A stretch of DNA of 64,000 bases. Origin: Candidatus Roizmanbacteria bacterium RIFCSPHIGHO2_02_FULL_37_13b. GTDB taxonomy: Bacteria > Patescibacteriota > Microgenomatia > UBA1406 > HO2-37-13b. The stretch lies in contig MFZK01000022.1 of NCBI GenBank assembly GCA_001789395.1, forward strand, positions 6,921-70,920. Reading direction: 5' to 3'. Numbering within the stretch: position 1 is the first letter of the stretch; each line of letters begins with the position of its first letter. A program made the position numbers and the translations under genes. The notes beneath the pieces are model-generated. The model did not search any database. It saw only the letters and a program-made list of their open reading frames with translations, and had not been told where the DNA came from. Below, piece by piece: positions 9,441 to 19,947 of this stretch.

Positions 9441-10232
9441 CTAAGCTTCAAGAAGATCCGGTCGTTTTGACTTGGTCATTTCAAACGCTTCTCTTAAACG
9501 CCACTTTTCGATCTGGGCATGATTGCCAGAAAGAAGAATGCCTGGAACTTTTGACTTTTTAAATATCTCCGGTCTTGTATATTGTGGATATTCCAATAGT
9601 TTTACTTTCTTGATATTTTTCTTTTTAAGTCTTAATAATTCTTTATCATCTCCAATCATCTCGATTAGTTTTTGAACAGTTATCTCAATAAAAGATTCGT
9701 TAATTGTCGCTTCGCTTTTTTTCAATACTCCAGGTAGGAGCCGGGTGACAGAATCAACTATTGCTGCAGCTGTTATCTCGCCACCGGTCATAACAAAATC
9801 CCCCAATGATATTTCCTCATCGATAAAATTCGCCACTCTCTCATCCACGCCTTCATAATGCCCGGCAATAATAATCAAATGATCGAGCTTGGAGTAATTC
9901 TTGGCATGTGATTGATTAAAAACCGTACCTCGTGGGGAAGTTAGAACGATTTTTGAATTTTGCTTGCCCCACGAAGCTTGAGTTAAACGAGATGCGAAGT
10001 GAGGAGATTTGAGGTTGTCGATTGCCGCTTTAATGCAATCGACTTTAAGCACCATCCCCGCTCCTCCACCATACGACCTATCATCAACAGTACGATATTT
10101 ATCTTTAGCAAAATCTCTGAGATTTATAATTTCGATTTGAACCAACCCTTTTTTTATTGCCCGATTTACAATACTCTCCTTAAAAAAAGAATTCAACATT
10201 TCAGGAAAAAGAGTTATTATCGAGATTTTCAT
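9441..10232 (-). CDS. trmD: tRNA (guanine37-N1)-methyltransferase
   Basis: MKISIITLFPEM... N-terminus, SYGGGAGMV and LIIIAGHYEGVDERV motifs. Confidence 0.85.
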   Translation of the reverse strand: MKISIITLFPEMLNSFFKESIVNRAIKKGLVQIEIINLRDFAKDKYRTVDDRSYGGGAGMVLKVDCIKAAIDNLKSPHFASRLTQASWGKQNSKIVLTSPRGTVFNQSHAKNYSKLDHLIIIAGHYEGVDERVANFIDEEISLGDFVMTGGEITAAAIVDSVTRLLPGVLKKSEATINESFIEITVQKLIEMIGDDKELLRLKKKNIKKVKLLEYPQYTRPEIFKKSKVPGILLSGNHAQIEKWRLREAFEMTKSKRPDLLEA

Positions 10233-10246
10233 GATAATATTGTACT

Positions 10247-10483
10247 ATGAAAAAGCATATTTTAAAGCTAATTAGGCTTTATCAAAAAACTTCTTTTTTT
10301 CACAACTATTTTTTCCGGCTTTTTTATTTATCCGACCGGATTTGCCGTTTCACACCGACTTGTTCAGAATATACCTACCAAGCAGTTGAAAAATATGGGG
10401 TAGTAAAAGGATTAATTTTAGGTTTTAAACGAATTATCCGCTGTCATCCTTTTTCCAAGGGCGGCCATGATCCCATAAAATAG
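10247..10483 (+). CDS. yidD: membrane protein insertion efficiency factor YidD
   Basis: [19 protein letters not shown]...[11 protein letters not shown] is the hallmark of the YidD family. Confidence 0.85.
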   Translation: MKKHILKLIRLYQKTSFFHNYFFRLFYLSDRICRFTPTCSEYTYQAVEKYGVVKGLILGFKRIIRCHPFSKGGHDPIK

Positions 10484-11746
10484 ATAGATCAAAACTACTA
10501 AATTACCTATCGAGATAATTCTCACAATAAATGGATTGTTGATCATTTGGAATAACATTTCAATCTTCGGTACTGGCCAACTGTGATACATATTTAAAAA
10601 ACTAATTAATGACAAATATACGAACCATATTAATAATTTTCTGTTTTTAATTGACGCTAAAAGCAAAAAAGGCAATGGAAGCATCAGATACCGCTCATGC
10701 ATCTTTGTCAAAAACAAAAAGGCGCTTAGCCCTGACAATGCTGCTGCTAAGAAAATGTTTTCAACTCCAACTTTCTTCCCCTTCAACAGGTTACGAGCAA
10801 TCAACAACAAACAACTTGAAAATAATAAATATCCCCAAGCCCTATATGAAATATTTAAGATGAATGGTGCAGTGTCTTTTATCCCCTGAAAGTAAGTGAT
10901 AAGTACCCAGAAATTAAATGCACCATTGGTCACATATGGCAGACTTTGTTTGGTAAGAATCTTCTCAACAAAAACAACATAAGGTGCAAATAAATAATTC
11001 AAATTTACAAACGGAAGAAAAGAAATCCAAAAAATTATATTAGTAATAATAAATGCATAAATAATTTTCTTAAAATTGTTGCTTTTAATAAATAATAAAA
11101 CGTAAACAGGAATAAATACCAAAATTGTGGGTTTGATTAATATGGACAAAACGAAAAAAATACTGCTTAATAAAGTTCTTTTCAAATAAAACAGAAAGTA
11201 AAAAGATAAAATTACAAAAAAAATAGGAATTACATCAATCTGACCCCAGAGACTGCTGTTATAAAAAAACGCTGGATTAAAAAGGATTAAGCAAGCAATT
11301 ATTACAGGTATTTTTTTGTCTTTTGGAATCATTTTTTTGGCAGTCTTGTATGAAACAACTGCCAATCCCAGATCTGCGGCAATCGCTGGTAATTTAAAAA
11401 TAGCGGCCAGAAAAGACCGAGATTCGATAAATAAAACCAGTTTCGAAGGAAATATAGGAAATGTGACATTTAACCACCAAGTTAGATTGTAGATTATAGA
11501 TTGTAGAGGGTAGATAAAATAAAAAATAAAGAGCGATAGAGGTGGATAATTGGGAAATTTACTGGCAAAGCTTTCGGACGATGGCACATAATAAAAATTG
11601 CTAAAACCTCTGCTCCATAAATCATGAGCCCAAACTATGTGATTGTTGACGTCAAAGCTGAAATCCAGAAAAAGAAGAGCCAAGCGAAGTAATAAACCCA
11701 AAATAAATACAATATATAATGGCCTTAATTGCTTATGTAATTTCAT
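10418..11746 (-). CDS. polytopic membrane protein, GT-C-like glycosyltransferase candidate
   Basis: A 442-aa protein with more than 10 TM segments and an architecture like ArnT/PMT/DUF2029-type enzymes. The function is inferred only. Confidence 0.4.
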   Translation of the reverse strand: MKLHKQLRPLYIVFILGLLLRLALLFLDFSFDVNNHIVWAHDLWSRGFSNFYYVPSSESFASKFPNYPPLSLFIFYFIYPLQSIIYNLTWWLNVTFPIFPSKLVLFIESRSFLAAIFKLPAIAADLGLAVVSYKTAKKMIPKDKKIPVIIACLILFNPAFFYNSSLWGQIDVIPIFFVILSFYFLFYLKRTLLSSIFFVLSILIKPTILVFIPVYVLLFIKSNNFKKIIYAFIITNIIFWISFLPFVNLNYLFAPYVVFVEKILTKQSLPYVTNGAFNFWVLITYFQGIKDTAPFILNISYRAWGYLLFSSCLLLIARNLLKGKKVGVENIFLAAALSGLSAFLFLTKMHERYLMLPLPFLLLASIKNRKLLIWFVYLSLISFLNMYHSWPVPKIEMLFQMINNPFIVRIISIGNLVVLIYLFYGIMAALGKRMTADNSFKT

Positions 11747-11773
11747 TGATTAATAAACAGTATTATATTAAAT

Positions 11774-12865
11774 ATGAAGCGAAATCGAACGATTGCACTT
11801 CTTGTCGGTATAACTTGCCTATACTTATTTACTTTATATACAACCAACAAAAGTATTTTTAGCTACGTTTTTAACCCTGACTTAATTCACAAATATTATT
11901 TATCTCAAGATATACCACATGAGGTTGCCGGAAAAAGACTTTTTTTATCCGATACGGAAATATATCTGGCTTCGGGATATCTTTATGCAAACGGTCTTGA
12001 TCCGACAAAAATAAATTTTGATCATCCCCCTTTAATCAAATATTTATACGGGATCTCTATCCTGCTTTTTATGACTCCTTTCCCGATCGAGATCGGTTTT
12101 GGCATCATGATTTTATCATTATCATTTCTCTTAGGACGAAAGATATTTAAAAACTGGCAAATACCGACATTTGCCTGCCTGATACTAATTATCGATCCCT
12201 TGTTTTTAGATATGACCGCTCTGCCGCTACTTGATTTTGGGCAAACTGCTTTTATGCTGCTTTATTTATTTACCATCCTTTTTTACCGCCGCAATATTTT
12301 GCTCGTCGGTTTGACTTTAGGTCTTTTTGCTGCCAGTAAATCTTGGATAACACCGGTGTATTTTTTGATAGTAATAAGTGCTTTTCAAATTTATAAAAAA
12401 GAATTTAATCTTAAAAATATGATGTCGCAGATCATGATTGCTTTTGTTATCTATTGCTCTTTCTACTTAATAACTTTTGTAAATAATGCGGGCAGATTTA
12501 ATATTTTCTTTTTTATTTTAAAGACAATAAAGTATCGGCTTGAACATAATTTCACTCCGTTTATAGGCTCGTCAGTGATTTTATTCTTAACCGGATATGC
12601 AAAGACGTGGTGGGGAAACCAGGAATTTATCCGCTCTAATGTCTGGACCATTCTTTGGCCAATAGGACTGATGATAACTATCAGAAATATCTTTCTCCCA
12701 AATATTAAGAAAATTGATCAAAAAAAGCTTTTAGCAATACTGTCTGTGGGTTATCTTTTATTTTTACTTACCCAATCACCCTTCCCCCGATATTTCATAA
12801 TTATTCTGCCGTTTATATATCTAAATCTTTCTGATTTTATTTACAGCAAATTTAAGTCATCGTGA
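11774..12865 (+). CDS. polytopic membrane protein, GT39/PMT_2-like glycosyltransferase candidate
   Basis: A 363-aa protein. The YLASGYLYANGLDPTKINFDHPPLIKYLYG loop resembles dolichyl-phosphate-mannose mannosyltransferase-like proteins. Confidence 0.45.
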   Translation: MKRNRTIALLVGITCLYLFTLYTTNKSIFSYVFNPDLIHKYYLSQDIPHEVAGKRLFLSDTEIYLASGYLYANGLDPTKINFDHPPLIKYLYGISILLFMTPFPIEIGFGIMILSLSFLLGRKIFKNWQIPTFACLILIIDPLFLDMTALPLLDFGQTAFMLLYLFTILFYRRNILLVGLTLGLFAASKSWITPVYFLIVISAFQIYKKEFNLKNMMSQIMIAFVIYCSFYLITFVNNAGRFNIFFFILKTIKYRLEHNFTPFIGSSVILFLTGYAKTWWGNQEFIRSNVWTILWPIGLMITIRNIFLPNIKKIDQKKLLAILSVGYLLFLLTQSPFPRYFIIILPFIYLNLSDFIYSKFKSS

Positions 12866-13512
12866 ATGCATTTGTCATATATTCTTTTAAGTGATTTTGC
12901 CACATAATCATCATCATCAAAATTTGATTTAAATGCGTTGGCAATCATAGCTCTTCTTATATCATTATCAAGAAATTCAATCTTTTTTTGACAATGAAGT
13001 TTAACTACGACAGGCTTTACAAAAAAAACGAATATAAAACAAGAAGCTATTATTGAAAATAATATTAGAAATGGTGCAAAGATTTTGTTCTTCAATTTGT
13101 ATATTTTCTCTATTATCATTGCCCCGGATAAAAAAAATGTAAAAGCCGCCAGAAACGCTTCCATCAGACTAGACTCCTGAGAAAAAACCGGGACATATCG
13201 GTAATTTATATTATTTGGAGTTTTATACATGTCGTAGTAGTCAAAAATAATACTGTAAGCACATTGTTTACGAGCCTTTTTGTCATTAAATAAATCGAGT
13301 TTACCATCGAGGGAAAACATAAAAATAGTGTTCGCTCCATATCTTTTACCATCAAAGCAATAAATTGACGACTCGATATGATTGATATATTTAAATGGCT
13401 TAAAAACAAAAAAAACTCCGGCAGAAACCGATATTAATAATAAATATAAGAAATAATATAATGACAAGACCATAATAATCCGGCCGTGTCTCATTGAGCT
13501 TGAGCTATGCAT
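12841..13512 (-). CDS. hypothetical membrane protein
   Basis: A 223-aa ORF with TM segments. The start is uncertain because it overlaps the 3' end of the upstream gene. Confidence 0.35.
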   Translation of the reverse strand: MHSSSSMRHGRIIMVLSLYYFLYLLLISVSAGVFFVFKPFKYINHIESSIYCFDGKRYGANTIFMFSLDGKLDLFNDKKARKQCAYSIIFDYYDMYKTPNNINYRYVPVFSQESSLMEAFLAAFTFFLSGAMIIEKIYKLKNKIFAPFLILFSIIASCFIFVFFVKPVVVKLHCQKKIEFLDNDIRRAMIANAFKSNFDDDDYVAKSLKRIYDKCIHDDLNLL

Positions 13513-15557
13513 AGATCATTTGTACAAATTGTAGGTTGATATTTAAGATGACAACCTGACTCTATCTTATTTAATAAAAGTAGTTGTATATCAACGGGAT
13601 ATGTCACTGAATTTATCATAGACCGATGATGCATAAATGAGCATCTTTCTACAAGATCACAATCGATTGCTATTTTTTTTGGGCAGACTTTTAATACCTC
13701 GCGTAAAGCAAAGGTTAACTCATCTTCAGTCAAAATTCCGATTTGTGGGTTAACATCTAATAAATTCTCTTTATCTATTAGATAAAATAGATATGTATCA
13801 TCGCTGTATATCATAAGAATTTTATTGCCATTGAGATTTGTATTGATTAGATTTATTTCCGCGCTGTATTTCTTTCTCATAATTTCAACGATTTCCGGTT
13901 TTAAAATCTCTTGAGATTTAAGTCTCTCAATCCTACTTATTAGCATGTCGGCTATAAACTCTTTTCGAATATAGACGGGAAATAATGCAAAAATTGTCAA
14001 TAATATCAACAATATAAGGACTCTCGATCCTGTCGACTGAAGCTTCCCGTAGTAATAACCAATAACCAAAAAAAAGCTGAGGACCAGAAATATCGATATT
14101 GAAAATAAGTTAGTATCTCTACTGTTTCCGACAAAATATAATCCGCAAAATAAAGTGGCATTAGTGGTAAAAATAATAAATTGATCAATATCACTACTCA
14201 TTTGCTTTCTAAAATATAAAATGACTGCACTAAAAAAAATTAACATAACCAGCCAAAAATATGTGATCGTCGCGATTGGTAAAAATAGAAATCCACCTTG
14301 TGAAAATATTTTAAGTCTGGCAAAAACGTACAACAAATTAATTGTTTTTAAACCAAATAAAAAGTGGGTCAGATTAATGATTAAGAATAATAAGAGTAAA
14401 TCTAGAAACAATAAAAACACCGCATTTACTGCTCTTTTCATACTTATTGTTTTGTTCATTACAAATGAAAACAAACTACATATAAATGTGAAAATCAAAT
14501 ATAATCCAGCATCGACAGAGAATAGACTGAGCAGAGATAAAATAAGTATGAATTTTTTTGAGTCTATTTTTTTTAATTTATATAAAAAAAATATTCCTAA
14601 TATTATCGGCAACCACCTTAGTACATATTGGGGAGATTGCTCTAGCATCCCAAACAAAGAATAATAATTAAGTACTACAATTGAAACCAAACCAATGATA
14701 GAAAAAGCGACAGAGCGACTCACTTTATATATCAGATAAAAACAAAGAAAGTATTGGATGAGATATAAAATCCAGACAATTACAGGGAACGTCGAAAGAT
14801 TAAAAAGACCTAATTTGTAAAAAGCTGAGAAAATCAAAATTGACAAGAATCCGTATTGAGAAGAAGTTTCTGTAAAAATTGTCTTGCCATGGGCTACTTC
14901 CCATATTGGGCCTAAGTAATAAGAATAACTATTGCCTCCTATGGGAAACCTTACTTCAAAAGTAAAAAAAGCAATGATGACAATGAGTAAAGAAAAGAGA
15001 ATTATATTGAAGATTTTTTTATTGTATTTCAAAATCCTCTCCCAGATTAACGCTTGAATGATTATGATGAAAAGACTAATTACGAAGATAATCATAAAAC
15101 TGAAATATATATTTTGATGAGCCTGTGGTGTATAAGAATAGGCTAAACTATCCAAAGGATATTTACCTATATTATTTAAAAATAGAATGATCATCGCAAT
15201 AAAAAAAATATATTTAAGCAAAACATAGAAAGGTCTATTTTTTTTCTCTTTGGAAATTTCGGTTAGATTGATTACATATTTATGAAAAATAAATATAAAA
15301 ATCACAAAGAGAACAGAGAGAACTAAATATAGAGGAATCTCAAATGGTTCAGGAAAATCCAGTGGAACTAAAAATCTTTCACCAATCACGGGTTTAAAAT
15401 TAGATCTTAAAAAACTAAGGATCGTTTTATAAATTAGAATCCACAGATTAGTGACAAAAAGCGCTTCTATGAAAACTCCAAGAAATGAGTTTAAAGGTTT
15501 GTTATCTGATATTTTCTTGAAATATAACATATATAAGAGATACCAAATAAAACGCAA
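13491..15557 (-). CDS. large polytopic membrane protein, unknown function
   Basis: A 688-aa protein that is strongly hydrophobic, with many TM segments and a soluble C-terminal domain of about 120 aa. Confidence 0.5.
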   Translation of the reverse strand: MRFIWYLLYMLYFKKISDNKPLNSFLGVFIEALFVTNLWILIYKTILSFLRSNFKPVIGERFLVPLDFPEPFEIPLYLVLSVLFVIFIFIFHKYVINLTEISKEKKNRPFYVLLKYIFFIAMIILFLNNIGKYPLDSLAYSYTPQAHQNIYFSFMIIFVISLFIIIIQALIWERILKYNKKIFNIILFSLLIVIIAFFTFEVRFPIGGNSYSYYLGPIWEVAHGKTIFTETSSQYGFLSILIFSAFYKLGLFNLSTFPVIVWILYLIQYFLCFYLIYKVSRSVAFSIIGLVSIVVLNYYSLFGMLEQSPQYVLRWLPIILGIFFLYKLKKIDSKKFILILSLLSLFSVDAGLYLIFTFICSLFSFVMNKTISMKRAVNAVFLLFLDLLLLFLIINLTHFLFGLKTINLLYVFARLKIFSQGGFLFLPIATITYFWLVMLIFFSAVILYFRKQMSSDIDQFIIFTTNATLFCGLYFVGNSRDTNLFSISIFLVLSFFLVIGYYYGKLQSTGSRVLILLILLTIFALFPVYIRKEFIADMLISRIERLKSQEILKPEIVEIMRKKYSAEINLINTNLNGNKILMIYSDDTYLFYLIDKENLLDVNPQIGILTEDELTFALREVLKVCPKKIAIDCDLVERCSFMHHRSMINSVTYPVDIQLLLLNKIESGCHLKYQPTICTNDLCIAQAQ

Positions 15558-15596
15558 TGAATCTTTATGAGAACAATTCTATAATATATTTAGAAC

Positions 15597-15851
15597 ATGG
15601 AAGTTCCAAGAGAATTAAATACCGTCACTCATATCTCAAAAATCATGGCATTGATACTTTTTATCCTTCTTCCAATAATATCCTTTTTATGGGGAATGAA
15701 ATATCAGAGAATGTTAAATGGCGAAGTTTCCAATTTTCCTGTCCAAAAAGCTTGCACCATGGAAGCGAAGATCTGTCCTAATGGAACAGCTGTGGGAAGA
15801 TCCGGACCAAATTGCGAATTTAATCCTTGTCCGATTGTAAAGACGGAATAA
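15597..15851 (+). CDS. small secreted/anchored Cys-containing protein
   Basis: An 84-aa protein with a signal-anchor ALILFILLPIISFLW followed by a 4-Cys segment (CTMEAKICPNG...CEFNPCP). Confidence 0.35.
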   Translation: MEVPRELNTVTHISKIMALILFILLPIISFLWGMKYQRMLNGEVSNFPVQKACTMEAKICPNGTAVGRSGPNCEFNPCPIVKTE

Positions 15852-15939
15852 AACATACATACAACTTAATTATGCTTTTATGACGCGCCAAGTAACTCCC
15901 GGTGTTGAATTTATTACTTCAAAACGTGAAACAATCAGT

Positions 15940-16791
15940 TTATGGATTTGTTGTTTCACTACAACTCTCTTTACAAGTTACTTCTCTATTTTGACCTACA
16001 CACTTATTTGCAATACATTTTGAACCGCTAAATTTTACATCAGTAATGCATTTTTTATTTTCATCACAAATGCCATAAGTGTATCCTGTTTCATCACTTG
16101 GCGGACCACAACCCCAAACATCAGCATAATTACTAAAATTGTTATACGACCCATATGAACAGAAATTGAATCGTAGTATACAATCATTATCGGTGCTGCA
16201 ATAATCACTATTAAGTAAATAAGCAGATAGACTGGCATCTTCCTTTACCACTCGAATAGTAGAATATTTATCTTCGTAAATTTTATTATCAATAAGACTA
16301 CCCTTCTTTAACACAACATAATAATCATTATTATTTTCAAACTTATTAAATTCTTTAACTTTTGTTGTATCGTAACTTATATTTAAAACATCACTATAGT
16401 TTTCCGATTTTGGTAATTCCAATATCCCTAATAAATAATTACCTAAACCGTATGATTGTTCACTACCTAAAGGTAAACTCGCTCCCGTTTTTAATCTTAA
16501 CTCTAATCTATACACATTGCTCTCTATTGATTCATTGTGAAATTCAGTTGTTTTTTGCATCTCCTGAGCGGTCGGAATAAGTTGAGTGGGTTGAATAGAA
16601 GATTGAGAAACTTCTGACGTTTGAGTTGTGGAAGGTTTATCTCGAGACAGGAAAATATATCCAAAAGCACCAAAGAGTAATAGGACCAAAACAATAATAA
16701 TTGAATAAAAATATTTGTTGTTTATATTTTGCGAAATAGTCTCAACAGACGGAATTGGTTGGGCTTGGGAAATCTGTTGATTTTCTTCCAT
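15940..16791 (-). CDS. membrane-anchored Cys-rich hypothetical protein
   Basis: A 283-aa protein with one TM segment (YSIIIVLVLLLFGAFGYIFL) and a Cys-rich C-terminal domain. Confidence 0.45.
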   Translation of the reverse strand: MEENQQISQAQPIPSVETISQNINNKYFYSIIIVLVLLLFGAFGYIFLSRDKPSTTQTSEVSQSSIQPTQLIPTAQEMQKTTEFHNESIESNVYRLELRLKTGASLPLGSEQSYGLGNYLLGILELPKSENYSDVLNISYDTTKVKEFNKFENNNDYYVVLKKGSLIDNKIYEDKYSTIRVVKEDASLSAYLLNSDYCSTDNDCILRFNFCSYGSYNNFSNYADVWGCGPPSDETGYTYGICDENKKCITDVKFSGSKCIANKCVGQNREVTCKESCSETTNP

Positions 16792-16957
16792 GTAAATAAA
16801 TATATCAAATATTCTAGAGAAAAAATATTACAGTGAATAATTGGACATAAATATCTGCTGGTATTATATTATTTTAGCTTGTTATTATATTCTGAAATAT
16901 ACAGATGGATAAGGCGGATAATTTGAGGATGTTTGGAGGTGGTATTATGAAAATAAA

Positions 16958-17266
16958 TTAATTTTCCTTGAGCAGGGTTCTTTTTAAAGCTTGTTTTAGT
17001 TGTTTTCTACCGAAACCACTTTTAAGAAATTTCTCGCGGGCTTTGGCATCAACTTTGCTAATAAAGTATTCGTAGTGAATTAGTTTGAATGGTCTTCTTA
17101 ATCTTGTTGAAGTTACTTGACCTTTGACATGCGCTATTAGGCGTTTCTTTAAGTCTGTAGTGTAACCAATGTAAAGACCTTTGTCTTTGTATGAAAAAAG
17201 AACATAGACGTAGAATTTATTTATAATTGTCGCAATTGATGCGACTGAAACGTCTAACGTTTCCAT
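16958..17266 (-). CDS. GIY-YIG nuclease family protein (UPF0213-like)
   Basis: FYVYVLFS...GLYIGYTTDLKKRLIAH...FKLIHYEYF contains the GIY-YIG core. Confidence 0.8.
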   Translation of the reverse strand: METLDVSVASIATIINKFYVYVLFSYKDKGLYIGYTTDLKKRLIAHVKGQVTSTRLRRPFKLIHYEYFISKVDAKAREKFLKSGFGRKQLKQALKRTLLKEN

Positions 17267-17289
17267 TTTGTATTAAATATATGTTCACG

Positions 17290-17407
17290 GTCGCGTCTGA
17301 CGCGACACGCTTAAATCACGTTTGACCACGTCAGACGTGGTTTTACGTGATTTACAAACGCAGTTTACCTCGTCTTTCAGACTCGGTTAAACCGCGTTTG
17401 ACGCGGT
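17290..17407 (-). repeat. cluster of GC-rich palindromic hairpins (CGTCnGACG-type); probable native ssrA trailer
   Basis: GTCGCGTCTGACGCGAC at 17290-17306. ACCACGTCAGACGTGGT at 17325-17341, nested inside AAATCACGT/ACGTGATTT (17313-17321 and 17345-17353). ACCGCGTTTGACGCGGT at 17391-17407. Confidence 0.6.
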
Positions 17408-17425
17408 GGAGATGCCGGGAGTTGA
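17406..17425. repeat. att core copy (displaced 3' fragment of ssrA)
   Basis: GTGGAGATGCCGGGAGTTGA is identical to 24202-24221. Its reverse complement TCAACTCCCGGCATCTCCAC is the T-loop/T-stem/acceptor 3' end of the tmRNA. Confidence 0.8.
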
Positions 17426-17554
17426 TTTGAACCAAATACAACGCTACATTTGGAAATGGTACAACATTATTAAATCTCAAGAGCTTCTAATGGCTGGTTA
17501 AATATGTGAGAAATTATTATCAACAACAATCTATATCTTGAAGCTAATAGGAAG

Positions 17555-17983
17555 TTATTCTTGCGTACCTAAGAACCTATCCACGGTGGCTTTAAGATCT
17601 TCAGCATCAAATGATAGTTTACTTAAACTTGCATCTGCCCACGGGGTATTCCCTGCAGATAAACCAATTATTCCAATAGCGAGTTGGCTTTGTCGAATTA
17701 AACCAGCAATTTCTGCACCAGTACCATCACCTAAGTCTCCATCTAGAATAGACACACCAACTCCTTGAAGATCGTCTGGTATCATTCTCCTTGCTTCAGT
17801 TGCATTTGGAGTTGAAACAACTTGATGACCATCTCTAGTCAATATGCTTGAGACTATATTTCTCCAAGAGTCACCATCTTCAACATGCCAGACAGTGCCA
17901 CCAACTTTTGTTTCTGCCATAGAATTTATTATAACATATAATAGATTACTTTGAAAGCCTAAATCCACGCTAGTTGACGACAT
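17555..17983 (-). CDS. stand-alone receiver (CheY-like REC) domain protein candidate
   Basis: The pattern VWHVEDGD...VSILDGDLGDGTGAEIAGLIR...IIGLSAG...SKLSF matches DD/D/T(S)/K receiver positions. An alternative start is the ATG at 17920 (MAETKVGG...). Confidence 0.5.
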   Translation of the reverse strand: MSSTSVDLGFQSNLLYVIINSMAETKVGGTVWHVEDGDSWRNIVSSILTRDGHQVVSTPNATEARRMIPDDLQGVGVSILDGDLGDGTGAEIAGLIRQSQLAIGIIGLSAGNTPWADASLSKLSFDAEDLKATVDRFLGTQE

Positions 17984-18118
17984 TGGGACGTATTATAAGG
18001 ATAAAATGTACTTTTATCAGAGTATTCAATACCCCACCACACCCGCTCGCACCAATAGCTTAGTTATAATTACACCCAAAAAAAGTCGGCGATATGTTTG
18101 TGACATTTCGTAGTCGTT

Positions 18119-19936
18119 CTACTTGAACTCCCCGAATTTAATAAGTTTTGGATACTTATCAATAAATTCATCTATTGTGTCTAATGAAGAATAGACATAT
18201 TCCATAAGCCTTATTCCGATAGTATCATAGGATGGTGTTGAACCTCCCAATTTATCCCAAGCGTTCCATACTCTCTCCCGATCAGATTGATTTTCGAGTT
18301 CTTCTATATAATAAAGTGTCACCTCTAATACTCGATGCAAATTCTTCTTCTCCCAATATTCATCAGGCATATCTTTTAACCTTTGCGGAGCTAATTTGTA
18401 TATGTCCTCAAGCATATTCCTCTTTTCTGTTTCATCAATGTATCCAACTGGCGCAGGAATATGAAAACTAAAATCATCTCCATAGGTCGACATTGTGGTA
18501 CCAAGCTGCCAAGGTTTTCTCATGTGTTCAATAAATATATTTCGATACATCCGGAGATTAAAAAAGAGCCAAATAATATCTTTTTTGTGGCATTCCCAAA
18601 AGACTTTTAGCTCTCCTGAATATGTTTTTGCTTGTAAAAGATTGACTAACCCAGCAAGGTTAAGATCGTACTCTCCAGTATTAATCTTATTAGTCTTGGG
18701 AGCTTCATATCCTGCAAGGTAACCGATAATATATGACCACTGGTCAAGCAGAAGATTCCCATATATCAATAGACTCTCCATATCTTGACTCATTTGCTCT
18801 CCTAGACGATCACGTTTATTACTAGCAGTTTGCAGTCGCTTTGCGAATGGTTTTCCGGGAATTATTTTAGTTGGAGTTAGCGAATCAATTTTAATTTGAA
18901 GCTCAGTCAACTCTTTTCTGGTGAGTGCCATTCTCATCATAACTCTCTGAACATCTTTTATTCTTCTAATCAAATATCCGACATGATAAAATAATGCTGA
19001 AGGCTTGCCGGGATTCATGCTTACAAGTTTTTTTTCAACCTGTTTAATTCTCTCTAGGGATTTATCACATAGATATATTATCTTTGCAGGCTTAATCGGG
19101 ATTGGATACATCAGGTTTTTAACAAAGTTCACACGTTTTTTTAAACCTCTCTTTTGATAGTCCTTTGCTACTTTGGTTAGCATGACGTTCCTTCTTGTTT
19201 TATTCGTCGTTGATAGAGCCTTTGCCATCAAAGCCTCCGTTTGTGTTGCATCTTCTCCAAACCTATCTGTCGTCTTTTGTATTGCAGCTACTGCTTGTTC
19301 GAGCTCTTTTGTTCTATCCTTTGGGTTGTAAACAGTATTTGCCTTTATTCGGTGATATAGTGCTTTGATTTTAAACATGAGCTCATCCTCGAGTCCCTGC
19401 TGAGCATGACTCAACATTTTATCGGCAAGCTCTGATGTTTTGTGAGTGCCTAGATCATCGTCATGCTGTTCCATTATTAGGAACATATAGTAGAAGCTCA
19501 TCTCTTGGTTATATGTTTGTATCTGCCCCAACTCTTTATATAAAGTCGCTCGACGTAAGATAATTTTTGGATCTGGTCTTTGTAATTTACTTCCCAATTT
19601 TCTTTTCAAGAACTCGAGCTCGACTCTTTTCAATATCACGTCATTTTTTGGAAGCACATTCTTAAACTCTGATAATGACTTCATAAAATTCCTGCGTGCT
19701 CTCTTATCATTATTATCCTTCAGACCCTTTTCTCTGAAATACAGGGCTTTATACATCGTTGATATTTGTTTAGCTTCTGGATTAGAACTTTGTACCATTA
19801 GTTCGGATGCTTGCAATAAAAGCTCTGGCGGAGTTTTCTCTTTATTAAACTTTTTATATAAGTGAGAAGCCTCCTGCTCATATTTATCAGTGAGGAATAC
19901 TTCCACTTTTGGAGGTTTGTCAACAGGTTCACTCAT
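18119..19936 (-). CDS. 605-aa hypothetical protein with helical N-terminal half and C-terminal RNIFIEH (Rx5H, HEPN-like) motif
   Basis: Long uninterrupted ORF. R465-N-I-F-I-E-H471 is encoded at 18524-18544. I cannot assign a family. Confidence 0.6.
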   Translation of the reverse strand: MSEPVDKPPKVEVFLTDKYEQEASHLYKKFNKEKTPPELLLQASELMVQSSNPEAKQISTMYKALYFREKGLKDNNDKRARRNFMKSLSEFKNVLPKNDVILKRVELEFLKRKLGSKLQRPDPKIILRRATLYKELGQIQTYNQEMSFYYMFLIMEQHDDDLGTHKTSELADKMLSHAQQGLEDELMFKIKALYHRIKANTVYNPKDRTKELEQAVAAIQKTTDRFGEDATQTEALMAKALSTTNKTRRNVMLTKVAKDYQKRGLKKRVNFVKNLMYPIPIKPAKIIYLCDKSLERIKQVEKKLVSMNPGKPSALFYHVGYLIRRIKDVQRVMMRMALTRKELTELQIKIDSLTPTKIIPGKPFAKRLQTASNKRDRLGEQMSQDMESLLIYGNLLLDQWSYIIGYLAGYEAPKTNKINTGEYDLNLAGLVNLLQAKTYSGELKVFWECHKKDIIWLFFNLRMYRNIFIEHMRKPWQLGTTMSTYGDDFSFHIPAPVGYIDETEKRNMLEDIYKLAPQRLKDMPDEYWEKKNLHRVLEVTLYYIEELENQSDRERVWNAWDKLGGSTPSYDTIGIRLMEYVYSSLDTIDEFIDKYPKLIKFGEFK

Positions 19937-19947
19937 TGTTTAATTTT

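Noticed and set aside
10418-10483. 66-bp convergent overlap between yidD and the GT-C-like membrane protein gene
   Set aside because: It is probably a real but unremarkable 3'-3' overlap in a compact genome, or the stop of the membrane protein ORF is simply late. There is no additional signal.
15557-15781. ORF 15557..15781(+), which overlaps 15597..15851 in another frame
   Set aside because: The alternative frame (15597..15851) gives a signal-anchor plus Cys-motif protein, whereas this one has no features. Only one can be real.
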